Shown here piece after piece: positions 20,475 through 29,250 of a stretch of DNA of 39,614 nucleotides. Below the pieces are notes generated by a model. That model saw nothing but the letters and a program-made list of their open reading frames with translations, was not told where the DNA came from and did no database searches. Position numbers and translations under genes: made by a program. Position 1 is the stretch's first letter. Every line of letters begins with the position of its first letter. The DNA comes from a virus (taxonomy: Duplodnaviria; Heunggongvirae; Uroviricota; Caudoviricetes): the IMG/VR virus record IMGVR_UViG_2579778871_000008; one strand, 5' to 3'.

Positions 20475-20672
20475 TCACTGCGGAAGGCGTCTGTAACAAC
20501 CGAACTGATAATCTGCCAGACCCGCCATAACAAGCTGGGTCAGTATTAACTGACAGCGTTCGCGTGAAAGGTAAGTATTCTGCGCAATTTCCCCAACTGT
20601 TGCCGGTTCAGTGACGCTTAATTCATTAAACACCACTCTGGCTGTTTCGGTCATATCCTGCTGTTTTAGCAT
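20475..20672 (-). CDS. hypothetical small protein (possible winged-helix)
   Basis: 65 aa ORF between membrane protein and methyltransferase; helix pattern GEIAQNTYLSRERCQLILTQLVMAGL. Confidence 0.35.
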   Translation of the reverse strand: MLKQQDMTETARVVFNELSVTEPATVGEIAQNTYLSRERCQLILTQLVMAGLADYQFGCYRRLPQ

Positions 20673-20846
20673 GTCTTTTTCTCTTTATTGGTTAACGTGA
20701 CATACCAATAACTCTTGTCGAAAAAGCCAGCAAGCTGAAAGACCGGTATTAATAACCACCAGCACATTTTATGTACCACACCATTTTTCTGGCATAAAAA
20801 AACCGCTCAATGCCGGGCAGTAAAAATCTTCATTACTCAAGAAATT

Positions 20847-21560
20847 TTAACGCACTCTGATAGTATTAATTTCAAAATCATTAATATTTCCGCTATTAAA
20901 TATAACGAATTTCTTACCCCCACTCCTGTATGATTTCGATAACACCAGACGATCATCATAGCGCGCAATAATGTAATACAATACATTCTCATAGTGGATC
21001 GCCTGATATTCCTTCTTAAACTGTGGTTTGTACCAACCGGCAATAAGAGAGAATGCCCAGAAATAAATCATAAACCCAGCCATCATGAACTCAATTCGGT
21101 GATGGCGAATAAAATACATTTCCGAAAAACATTTGACTGAAACAAGTCTTCTTCCAGACCTGACAAAAAGCGTGATTGTAAAGGCAGCAAGAACGCAGAA
21201 AATCAGTACATCTGGCTCAACATGCTGATGAATTACCGAAAACTCCAGAACAGGTGGAATAAAAAGCAGCAATATCGCGAGAAAAAGCCGGATAAAACTC
21301 AAATTTTGTATATTGCGCTTTTGTTTTATGCCCAAAAAGAAAACAATACCAACTCCCCATCCAATAAGGAATATAACGATAACTGTCACAGCATAAAACA
21401 AACTTCGTGCTACATCATCGACACCAGCCCCGACAACCCACCATGGAAAGCCATAGTAAAATGAAGTACCCCATCCATAGAAATAAGCGCTTCCCCATCC
21501 TAGACAGCCCATATAAGCAACAAAAAGTGAAGAGTTTCTGAGCAGAGCACTGTCATTCAT
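20847..21560 (-). CDS. AT-rich integral membrane protein of unknown function (moron)
   Basis: 237 aa with about four to five hydrophobic helices (Trp/Tyr/Phe/Gly-rich) and a soluble C-terminal tail; strongly AT-rich; first ORF below the late promoter/terminator. Confidence 0.5.
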   Translation of the reverse strand: MNDSALLRNSSLFVAYMGCLGWGSAYFYGWGTSFYYGFPWWVVGAGVDDVARSLFYAVTVIVIFLIGWGVGIVFFLGIKQKRNIQNLSFIRLFLAILLLFIPPVLEFSVIHQHVEPDVLIFCVLAAFTITLFVRSGRRLVSVKCFSEMYFIRHHRIEFMMAGFMIYFWAFSLIAGWYKPQFKKEYQAIHYENVLYYIIARYDDRLVLSKSYRSGGKKFVIFNSGNINDFEINTIRVR

Positions 21561-21704
21561 AGTAACACCATTAACAACTCAAAAATATCAACACATATTA
21601 CATAACAAATTGGATTCCATGCAGTCAAGGGGCGTCATTGATGGAGAAAGTATTGGCACAATCGTCATCACGTTTAATGTCTATGCCATTTTTTGGGGGG
21701 ATAA

Positions 21705-21733
21705 AAAACCCGCTCGGTCGCGGGTTTTACTAG
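21705..21733 (-). terminator. tR'-like intrinsic terminator below the late promoter
   Basis: cccgc-loop-gcggg hairpin followed on minus strand by ttttttatcccccc. Confidence 0.65.
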
Positions 21734-21777
21734 CTTTGCCATCACGTATAAAAACGGCAAAATATCAGATTTACACG

Positions 21778-21806
21778 AAATATATGCGTTTTAATCTACT
21801 TTTGCA
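21778..21806 (-). promoter_or_regulatory. pR'-like late promoter (sigma70 -35 TTGCAA, 17 nt spacer, -10 TATATT)
   Basis: Minus strand reads TTGCAAaagtagattaaaacgcaTATATT just below the Q-like gene stop and above the terminator. Confidence 0.6.
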
Positions 21807-21814
21807 ATACTTTG

Positions 21815-22486
21815 CTATGAAAATGCCGCCTTTTGTTTTGAACGCGTTCTCTCCACTAACAATAAAGCTTCACTATCCAGCCGATGAAAAATGTGTTTCA
21901 TTGCAACCCAGTGACCAGTAAATGTCTTGGACCAGTTTTTGGTTGTTACTCCCACCAGTAACGCCAGTTCCTGGTATTCGTAACCTTCCCCACCAAAAAG
22001 CTCAGCTTTTACCGCCTGCGCCGCCAACCAGATCAACGTCTTCAGGCGCACCAGAGTTTTTCCTGCAATTTTTCTGGTACCGGATTGAGCATTAAATTCA
22101 GTCCACGCCCACTGCGTTATCGCGATCTGATGCTCCCAGCAAATGCTACCGCTGTAACACCACAGCAGCCAGGCTTTATGATGTTCTTCAAGAGACAGAA
22201 CGGCGCGTCGCCATGATGATGTCGAAAACTCAACCGGACTGACCAGGGCAATTGATGAACCTTTCGCCAGCGATTGCTTTCCCGGGATCGGTGGATTATC
22301 CAGCGTTACTATTTTTCCAGTGACCTTATCGCGGTACCGGATTTTTTTACGTCTGTAACGCCGTGTATTGAACATGGCATTCTCCTGCCAGGCTTCAAGC
22401 TGACCTTTTGTTGCTCCACTCAAATCAGCGGTGGCGATCGTGAGCTGCTCACGCACAAACTGTAAATACTGGTTATTCATGCGCAC
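21815..22486 (-). CDS. putative late-gene antiterminator (Q-like) by position
   Basis: 223 aa ORF directly below rusA and directly above the promoter/terminator pair; no sequence match to lambda Q by recall, so the call is synteny-based. Confidence 0.45.
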   Translation of the reverse strand: MRMNNQYLQFVREQLTIATADLSGATKGQLEAWQENAMFNTRRYRRKKIRYRDKVTGKIVTLDNPPIPGKQSLAKGSSIALVSPVEFSTSSWRRAVLSLEEHHKAWLLWCYSGSICWEHQIAITQWAWTEFNAQSGTRKIAGKTLVRLKTLIWLAAQAVKAELFGGEGYEYQELALLVGVTTKNWSKTFTGHWVAMKHIFHRLDSEALLLVERTRSKQKAAFS

Positions 22487-22836
22487 TCCAGTTCTGTGAT
22501 TTTTATCCCCAGCCGACCACCGGGAACAACCTGACCGCGCATAATATTAACTTCATCAAACTGCTCGTCGTCGATAAGCAGTCCCGCATGTGTCAGTGCA
22601 TCCAGTGGTGCTTTCAGAATATTGTCCAGGTCACGACGGCGCTTACCCGGTGGCTCTGCAATAATTTTTATTGCCAGCCTTCCGGACAGATTTAATTTCA
22701 GCCGCTGCTGGCGAACAATAAGCGCCACATCCCGGCGATAACGCTCCCCTGCTTTTGATACAAAATATGTGCTGCCACGACGACGCCAGTAGGTATTTAC
22801 CGTCGGCGGGTAAGGCAAAACAAATTCTATCCCCAT
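22477..22836 (-). CDS. rusA: Holliday junction resolvase RusA
   Basis: 119 aa; YPPTVNTYW, RRDLDN and GGRLGIKITE motifs match the RusA family. Confidence 0.85.
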   Translation of the reverse strand: MGIEFVLPYPPTVNTYWRRRGSTYFVSKAGERYRRDVALIVRQQRLKLNLSGRLAIKIIAEPPGKRRRDLDNILKAPLDALTHAGLLIDDEQFDEVNIMRGQVVPGGRLGIKITELECA

Positions 22837-22848
22837 CAGTAACCTCTT

Positions 22849-23898
22849 TTATCCGAGCACGCCGGTTGCAAAGGCGTGATCAAGAAAACGAAAAATTAAA
22901 TCAACCTGAGAACCATGCTTTTCTTCGAACGCCAACGGATCTGCATGAAGCTCGTTATGATGTTTACGACACAACGGTAACGTGAAAATATCGTGGGCCT
23001 TTGTTCCCATTCCGCCCTGACCATGACCTATCAGGTGATGGGGATCGTCAGCTGGCTTACCACAGCACGCACACGACTGTGTCTTTACCCAGCGTGTGTA
23101 TTTCTCATTTACCCAACGGCGACGTTTAGGTCGCTTCATGAAAGATTCCGGGGACTCAGGATCAACGGCGATGCTTACCACCGCCTTTTCCTGTGGTGGT
23201 TTCTGTTGCTGGTGGACGTGAGGCGGTAGCGCAATATTTTTTGTGCGCTGCTTCAGTATGCTGGTGGCGCTCTGCTCTCCCGGTACGATGTCACTTTCGC
23301 GATACACCGAGTGGATTTTTTCCGCACGTAATCCCAGAGAGCGACGTAATACTGCCTCCGGTAGCGCGTCCGCCACCTGATTGCAGACCGCCCACCAGGA
23401 TAATTCAGCCAGCGATAATTCCCACTCTTGTGTGCCATTCATTGCGTGACGTATGACGTCAATCATCCAGGCTGCCAGATTCTGCTGAGCAAGTTGCTCC
23501 AGTGAATCAGATGTCTGCTCCCGCAGCTGGTTGTCGCAGTGCCAGCACAACACCATCGCGCCAGTACCATAACGATGTATGACGGTTTCGCTGTGATGAT
23601 AATCGCCGTGTGGCCACTGGCAGGATTTCACGTGACGTAATAGCCAGTCAGACAGTGCGCCAGCACCACCTACAGCACGGATCACCCGCTCATCGCTGAA
23701 AAATGGCAGTAACGATTTGTCTTGCGCCAGCGGCTGGCGAACAGCGGGAACCTCTCCTGATGGCAGCGCCCGCATGTTTTTCGGTTCCGGCTCCACCAAC
23801 ACCCGGGTATTGTAAAATACCGGCATGGATTCACGGCCCGGATTAAGGACCACCAGCCCGAGTTCCGGTACCAGAACAGGTCGAAGTAATACCCGCAC
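22849..23898 (-). CDS. DUF968-family protein (Cys/His-rich C-terminal HNH-like region)
   Basis: 349 aa; C-terminus SCACCGKPADDPHHLIGHGQGGMGTKAHDIFTLPLCRKHHNELH typical of prophage nin-region DUF968 proteins by recall. Confidence 0.6.
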   Translation of the reverse strand: MRVLLRPVLVPELGLVVLNPGRESMPVFYNTRVLVEPEPKNMRALPSGEVPAVRQPLAQDKSLLPFFSDERVIRAVGGAGALSDWLLRHVKSCQWPHGDYHHSETVIHRYGTGAMVLCWHCDNQLREQTSDSLEQLAQQNLAAWMIDVIRHAMNGTQEWELSLAELSWWAVCNQVADALPEAVLRRSLGLRAEKIHSVYRESDIVPGEQSATSILKQRTKNIALPPHVHQQQKPPQEKAVVSIAVDPESPESFMKRPKRRRWVNEKYTRWVKTQSCACCGKPADDPHHLIGHGQGGMGTKAHDIFTLPLCRKHHNELHADPLAFEEKHGSQVDLIFRFLDHAFATGVLG

Positions 23899-23899
23899 G

Positions 23900-24259
23900 T
23901 TACCTCCAGATACGTTGCTGGTATGTGCGGGATGGACGCGGTGGACGTTCGGAATAAGGGAGCCTGACAGAGATTATCCAGTGACGATAATCGAGGCTGA
24001 GGGCTTTCTTAACCTCGTATCCGCGCCTGCCGTAACACTGAATCAGCCATTCGGCCTGTTCTTCAGTGCATGGGGGATGCTGGTACCAGTCAGATTTGAA
24101 TACATGAGAACGCCGCCCGTGCCTGCTGGCAGGGGCGGCAGAGTTATCCGAATTGTAAAATCTGGTATCGTGCGCCATCAGTTTTCTCTGCTGACGCAGC
24201 AGGTGCCAGTTGTTCAGGCTGGCATGTGGATTGTAAACCAGAATGCTCAGAAAAAACAA
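23900..24259 (-). CDS. hypothetical protein (nin-region)
   Basis: 119 aa ORF whose stop abuts the DUF968 gene start; true start may be internal (MAHDTRFY...). Confidence 0.4.
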   Translation of the reverse strand: MFFLSILVYNPHASLNNWHLLRQQRKLMAHDTRFYNSDNSAAPASRHGRRSHVFKSDWYQHPPCTEEQAEWLIQCYGRRGYEVKKALSLDYRHWIISVRLPYSERPPRPSRTYQQRIWR

Positions 24260-24276
24260 AACCCGCCGTAGCGGGT
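24250..24276 (-). terminator. intrinsic terminator after the HTH/ImmA gene
   Basis: acccgc-cgta-gcgggt hairpin followed on minus strand by tttgtttttt. Confidence 0.7.
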
Positions 24277-24280
24277 ATGC

Positions 24281-25384
24281 TCAAACAATCTGAAAAATAT
24301 TTCTTGGATTTGTAATAGGTCGATTGATGGAGAACAACTCACGAATTAAATCTTGACTCAAGCCAGTTTTCATCAGAATTCTTAACCAAGTTGCATCATC
24401 CAGCATGTCAATCGCTTCGGACAGCATACTTGGTTCTTCGGGGCGCAAAAGTTCATCACCTGGTTCAACTCTCGTGTACCCTCTAGAATTAAGATGCATA
24501 TAGCCAGTTCTTGCCTGTTCCTGGGTCAATAGTCCTAATGCACTGGCTCGATAAATACACATTTTAAGGCTAATTTTCCATCTAAGCTTAAATTCAACCA
24601 GAGCACTCCAATCGAATTGCTTACCTCGTATTCGTGGAAATTCTTTAATGAAAGATAGCCTAGGAACCAATAAGGCGCTAGAAAAGTGATCAGCTTGTGA
24701 TTCCGTAAGTTTATCACCAGTAGTTATGCCCTCATGCATTACTAAATGCCCTAACTCATGACCTAAATCAGAGCGAAATCTACATATGCTTTTTTTTACA
24801 TTGTTCCTGATAATAACAGGCCTGTTATTGTGAACAGTGAATGCATCAACACGATCATCGACTCCCGTAACATGCGCAACGATTACCCCCAAACTCTCCG
24901 CCAATTTCACCATTGATGATATAGGACCAAGACCTAGATTCCATGCACGGCGACAATCTTCTGCCACTCGCTCAATATCATTCGGGGTCAGTAATTCAGT
25001 TCCTGGGTGCTCTGGTATGTTGACATCAGGGAATTCGATTTCACCTTCAACAGCAGAAATTATAATATTAAGAATCTCAGCCCTGGCCAAGACACTATTA
25101 GTCAGCGTTTGAGTCCTAGACTTCTTACTCCGAAAATGGCAAACATCGCTTTCCAGAGCATATTTTCGCTCAGTAAATAGAAAATCGGACTTAATCATAA
25201 GAGCTGAGGCTATTAACTCCAGGCATTGCTCTGATGGCCTAAATCCCTTCTCCAATTTGCTAACGAATTGCTTTGTTTTGCCAATTTTTTCGGCCAACTC
25301 TTCACATGAAAGCCCAACTGCCATTCTTGCTAGTTTGAGCTTATCGCCTCGATACTCAGTGAAGTTATTCACCTGATGTTCCAT
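24281..25384 (-). CDS. XRE-family HTH fused to ImmA/IrrE-type zinc metallopeptidase (COG2856/M78-like)
   Basis: 367 aa; N-terminal HTH (LARMAVGLSCEELAEKIGKTKQFVSKLEKG) and HEXXH motif HELGHLVMHE in the middle; start overlaps the upstream ORF. Confidence 0.8.
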   Translation of the reverse strand: MEHQVNNFTEYRGDKLKLARMAVGLSCEELAEKIGKTKQFVSKLEKGFRPSEQCLELIASALMIKSDFLFTERKYALESDVCHFRSKKSRTQTLTNSVLARAEILNIIISAVEGEIEFPDVNIPEHPGTELLTPNDIERVAEDCRRAWNLGLGPISSMVKLAESLGVIVAHVTGVDDRVDAFTVHNNRPVIIRNNVKKSICRFRSDLGHELGHLVMHEGITTGDKLTESQADHFSSALLVPRLSFIKEFPRIRGKQFDWSALVEFKLRWKISLKMCIYRASALGLLTQEQARTGYMHLNSRGYTRVEPGDELLRPEEPSMLSEAIDMLDDATWLRILMKTGLSQDLIRELFSINRPITNPRNIFQIV

Positions 25385-26015
25385 TACTGCTCACATCCAA
25401 ATTTTTATCCTTCGTACGCCGACGAAGAGACACCTTATTAATCTCCGCTTCGCCAGGGAGTGTGTTACCGTCAAGGGGCATAAGTGGCATTGATGCTGTA
25501 GATTGATGAGAAACCATACTAATCTGAGCACCATAGGTATTAAACCCAACAAGAGCCACCTCCCAACGAGGCAGTGTGGACTCTAATTCACCATCTCCCT
25601 CTTCGGATAAAAATGGCTCCGCTATGACTCGCCATGTAATGTCTTGCTCAGCCTCAACATCACCAAACAATGAAAGCTGCTCATGCTCTACTTTATTTCG
25701 ACGCAGGCGATGTTTCTTTTTGGGGTTATTAATGCAATCTTTGGTAAATTGTAGCGGAACTTTATTTAAAGCAACTACATAGTCCAACCCCTTGGAAATC
25801 ATCTTAAGACCAGGAATTGCGCCTTCATTTTGAATAAGATGGTTTCTGACCCAATCATAAGCCCTTACACCTTCAGACCAGTTGCTGTCTAATACGTGCT
25901 TATGATAGTACAACTGCTCAAGTACGTTAGCGATCTCCGCCAACAACTGGCGAACATTGCTTTCAGCAAGATAAGGTTGAAATTCCCAACAAGGAGCTAA
26001 CTGATTTTCATTCAT
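25365..26015 (-). CDS. hypothetical protein co-transcribed with the HTH/ImmA gene (candidate effector/toxin partner)
   Basis: 216 aa, no recognisable motifs; its 3' end overlaps the downstream start by 20 nt; putative TTGACA promoter upstream near 26040-26075. Confidence 0.5.
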   Translation of the reverse strand: MNENQLAPCWEFQPYLAESNVRQLLAEIANVLEQLYYHKHVLDSNWSEGVRAYDWVRNHLIQNEGAIPGLKMISKGLDYVVALNKVPLQFTKDCINNPKKKHRLRRNKVEHEQLSLFGDVEAEQDITWRVIAEPFLSEEGDGELESTLPRWEVALVGFNTYGAQISMVSHQSTASMPLMPLDGNTLPGEAEINKVSLRRRTKDKNLDVSSNGTSGE

Positions 26016-26180
26016 TTCAAGTTTCGCTTTTTTTAGAATTCGTAAACCTTATATTTTCGCATTTTCCTGTTTTTGTCAACCAGACTAATGCAAAAACCCT
26101 CCGAAGCGGGTTAAGTGCGGGTGCATTGAGGATGCCTGACTCATCAGAGGTGGCGAGGGATTTCTCCCTCGCCGGGTCTC

Positions 26181-26336
26181 TTACTCCTCAGGTTCGTAAG
26201 CTGTGAAGACAGCGACCTCCGTCTGGCCGGTTCGGATTCGTACCTCGCAGAGGTCTTTCCTCGTTACCAGTGCCGTCACTATGACGGTTAAACAGATGAC
26301 GATCAGGGCGATTAACATCGCCTTATGCTGCTTCAT
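26181..26336 (-). CDS. hok: Hok/Gef-family type I toxin (HokD/RelF-like)
   Basis: 51 aa MKQHKAMLIALIVICLTVIVTALVTRKDLCEVRIRTGQTEVAVFTAYEPEE, a hallmark Hok/Gef sequence; ORF-track entry 26181-26393 is an in-frame upstream extension. Confidence 0.85.
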   Translation of the reverse strand: MKQHKAMLIALIVICLTVIVTALVTRKDLCEVRIRTGQTEVAVFTAYEPEE

Positions 26337-27361
26337 AGCCTGCTTCTCCTTGCCTTTCGGCACGTGAGAGGCTAACCTACGTGTGCAAGTCATAGATATG
26401 GCCTCAGATTAATGTTAGGCGTCTTGCAGGACGCGTAATGTTAACTGGGGCTTTTCTCTATCTGCCGTTGGTATTCATGCCTGAGACAGATAGCCTCAAG
26501 CACCCGCAGCAATCCTACTTAACTCCCGTCACCTCGCCAATATAAAATCAATCAGAAAGGCGATCCATAAGAACAACAGCAAGACAATAAATTGCCATTA
26601 CAGCCGCAATAGCGAGCGCACATTTGAGAACCAGCACGACAACCTCCTGTATTGGACGTACACCAGTCCTGATAAATATGAGGCTGTCTCATCATTGATG
26701 AGATACAACTATTGGGAATAGTTTCTGTGATTTTGTTCTGTAGAAATGGAACACAACAACCAGTCACCACCAGCACTTCTTTAAAAACGCCAAGTCCGAC
26801 GCAAGCTAACCTTCTAGTCCGCTTTGAACGATGAGCGGAAATTGACATATCTGTTAAAGTGAATGGTTCGTTTTGCAGGGATACTTACACTGCCCCCTGT
26901 CAAAATGATATAGCGAAGAATAAGAGTTCTTCTTCAAGAACAACAAAAAGAGATCATTCCAGCATGCTGGAAACGCAGCGTGTAATGATGACGGATAAGA
27001 CTCTGGCGCATTCCATGACAGCGGCAAAGGCCATAGCAGCCAATCAGATAGCTAGAATAGCCGCGAGGAAGGAAAGCCACCAGCAAAATGAAGCCATCGA
27101 GCGCTTGCGCGTAAATACGCGAATCTTAAACGGCGCAGAGATGCAGATTTACCCGCAACTGGCGACTTCAGCAATGAACCGCATACAGACCGAGTAAGTG
27201 ATGCGCTGGATGCCGTATTGAAAAGACAGCCAGAAAAGCGGTATTGGGTTCCAGAGGGTTTTAGAGGTTAAAGCGCTCACAAATCTAGCTAATTTGTAAC
27301 CATCTTTAAACGTTTATGATATTGTTAAATAAAACTAAAACTACCACGGCATGATTTACCG

Positions 27362-28060
27362 ATGAAAAAAGAACTTGAAACCATACTGCCTGAGTTTGGT
27401 GAGGCAATTCGCCCTTACGTTTATAGTTACGTAACAGCAAACAAAAATGCCAATGCCAAGCACGTCCTGTTTATGGCTGGTTCGCCTGCTGCAGGTAAAA
27501 CCGAGCTCTTAAATCGTCTTTTAGAACAACATGGCATCACAAACATTGTTCGAATTGATGCTGATGATTTTCGCTGGTGGTTCCCCTACTACAATGAAGA
27601 GAACTCTGTGGACTATCAGAGACCTGCCTCCAGAATGGTCGATTTTATCTACAAAAAAGCGCTATCTGAAGGCTATCCCATTGTTATGGACTCTACTTTC
27701 TCCAGTATAGGTATTGCGGAGAGAAACTTTGATCTGGCCCTGAAGGCTGGTTATCAGGTAGCACTGAATTACGTCTATTTTGATCCGGCTTACGCGTGGG
27801 TTTTTGCCCAAGCCCGCTCTCGTAAGGTTCCGTTAGAGGTTCTTAAAGCGAACTTTTTCAAGAGCAGAGAGACCATTGAACATATGCTCGCGAAATATGC
27901 AGGCCTATTTACACTCAATGTTTATCATCGACGGGAAGATCCTGAAAATGATGGTCAGTTCGTGGTCGACTATACTCCTAACGTGACCCTTGAAAACTGG
28001 ACTACCTCCCATAGCTGCCCATATTCAGACGTTAGCGATCTAGCGCATTTAGGTGTATAA
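27362..28060 (+). CDS. P-loop kinase, zeta-toxin/AAA_33-like
   Basis: 232 aa; Walker A FMAGSPAAGKTELLNRLL near the N-terminus and Walker B-like hhhhD (PIVMDSTF). Confidence 0.65.
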   Translation: MKKELETILPEFGEAIRPYVYSYVTANKNANAKHVLFMAGSPAAGKTELLNRLLEQHGITNIVRIDADDFRWWFPYYNEENSVDYQRPASRMVDFIYKKALSEGYPIVMDSTFSSIGIAERNFDLALKAGYQVALNYVYFDPAYAWVFAQARSRKVPLEVLKANFFKSRETIEHMLAKYAGLFTLNVYHRREDPENDGQFVVDYTPNVTLENWTTSHSCPYSDVSDLAHLGV

Positions 28061-28079
28061 TAAGTGTCCTATTTAAGGA

Positions 28080-28712
28080 GTGTATATGTCTGTTAAAACT
28101 GAAGCCATTAAACCAGCTGCTGAAATTTCGTTGTTCGATGCATTCGGACCTAACGTGAGCGAGCGGGTACAAGCCATCAACCGGAAGGCCGCTGAGCTTT
28201 CTATGGCTGATATGGCTCAGGTAATGGACGTGACATTATCGTCTAGGAAGAAACTGGAAGTAACTGCTGAGAGCAAATATATTCTCGATTTGCCTCAATG
28301 GCTAGAAGTCAATGCACGGAAATCTGGAGTTTCTTTTGACATGAAAGCATACACTTCTGCTGAAGTTAACAAGATGCATGTTCCTGACTTTCGCCAGTTC
28401 CTTCCTGTAGGTGCAAATATGTTGCATACCTATTCACCAATCGGTAAAACGGGCCTGCAAGGAATTCATGATTATTTAATCGGTGCTGTTTCATCTAAAC
28501 TTCATCACTTGCAAGGTGTCGGAGTTGATGAGGGCACGTTTAAAATACTTATCCGCTATGAAGATGCTAAAACGGGTGCTCCCCGCAATGATATAGTTGA
28601 AGCTGAGTCGACAATTAGCCCAAGTTCTTTCACTAGGCTCAAGCCCCGTGTGAAAAAACTTCGCAGAAAAGGTCATGAAATGGCGATGCATGCACTAATT
28701 GCCAAAAAATAG
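28080..28712 (+). CDS. hypothetical protein co-transcribed with the P-loop kinase
   Basis: 210 aa ORF 20 nt after the kinase; AAGGAG SD before the internal ATG at 28086; followed by a strong terminator. Confidence 0.5.
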   Translation: MYMSVKTEAIKPAAEISLFDAFGPNVSERVQAINRKAAELSMADMAQVMDVTLSSRKKLEVTAESKYILDLPQWLEVNARKSGVSFDMKAYTSAEVNKMHVPDFRQFLPVGANMLHTYSPIGKTGLQGIHDYLIGAVSSKLHHLQGVGVDEGTFKILIRYEDAKTGAPRNDIVEAESTISPSSFTRLKPRVKKLRRKGHEMAMHALIAKK

Positions 28713-28725
28713 TAAGCCCTTAACA

Positions 28726-28752
28726 AAACCTCACTCGATTGTGAGGTTTTTG
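28726..28752 (+). terminator. intrinsic terminator after the kinase operon
   Basis: cctcac-tcgatt-gtgagg hairpin followed by ttttt. Confidence 0.8.
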
Positions 28753-29250
28753 CTTTCTGGCGTTCTAAAAGTCAATCACTCCAGCTCACCAGCGCGGTTA
28801 ATCTCTAAAACCGATTTAGTTTTCGGCATAGTGCCCTTCGTCGTCTCTTTCTGCGTACATCAAACAACATCTACGGCCCATAGCGGATCACCATCAGCAT
28901 GCAGCCACTGACTGGTTAAAGTCTCCTTTTCGTTTATCTTAGCAAGCTGGTACTGCGTGTGGATCCCGCCCATTTCTGCATACTGTCGAAAATCGATGAG
29001 ATGGCCAGTCGTGTTTGTTATTGGTCTATTTTTGAAAACAACTATCAATGCTATTGGTCTGTTCTTCGTTAATTAATATGCAATCCTTTCATGACACAGG
29101 GCTGCTGTTACAGCCCTGACAACCTTAGACTTCAATCGATTCAGAGATCTCTAACGCATCATCGCCCCGTTGAACTCACAGCGATAAGTAGACGCTGGCG
29201 GCAATAACACAGAAGTATAGCGGGAATTTGAACCACATAATTTATGTTTG

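Noticed and set aside
26552-26848. 98-aa Cys-rich minus-strand ORF upstream of hok
   Set aside because: Cys/Gly/Ser-rich low-complexity translation without SD; overlaps the better-supported 29-codon ORF in another frame; more likely noncoding hok leader/promoter DNA.
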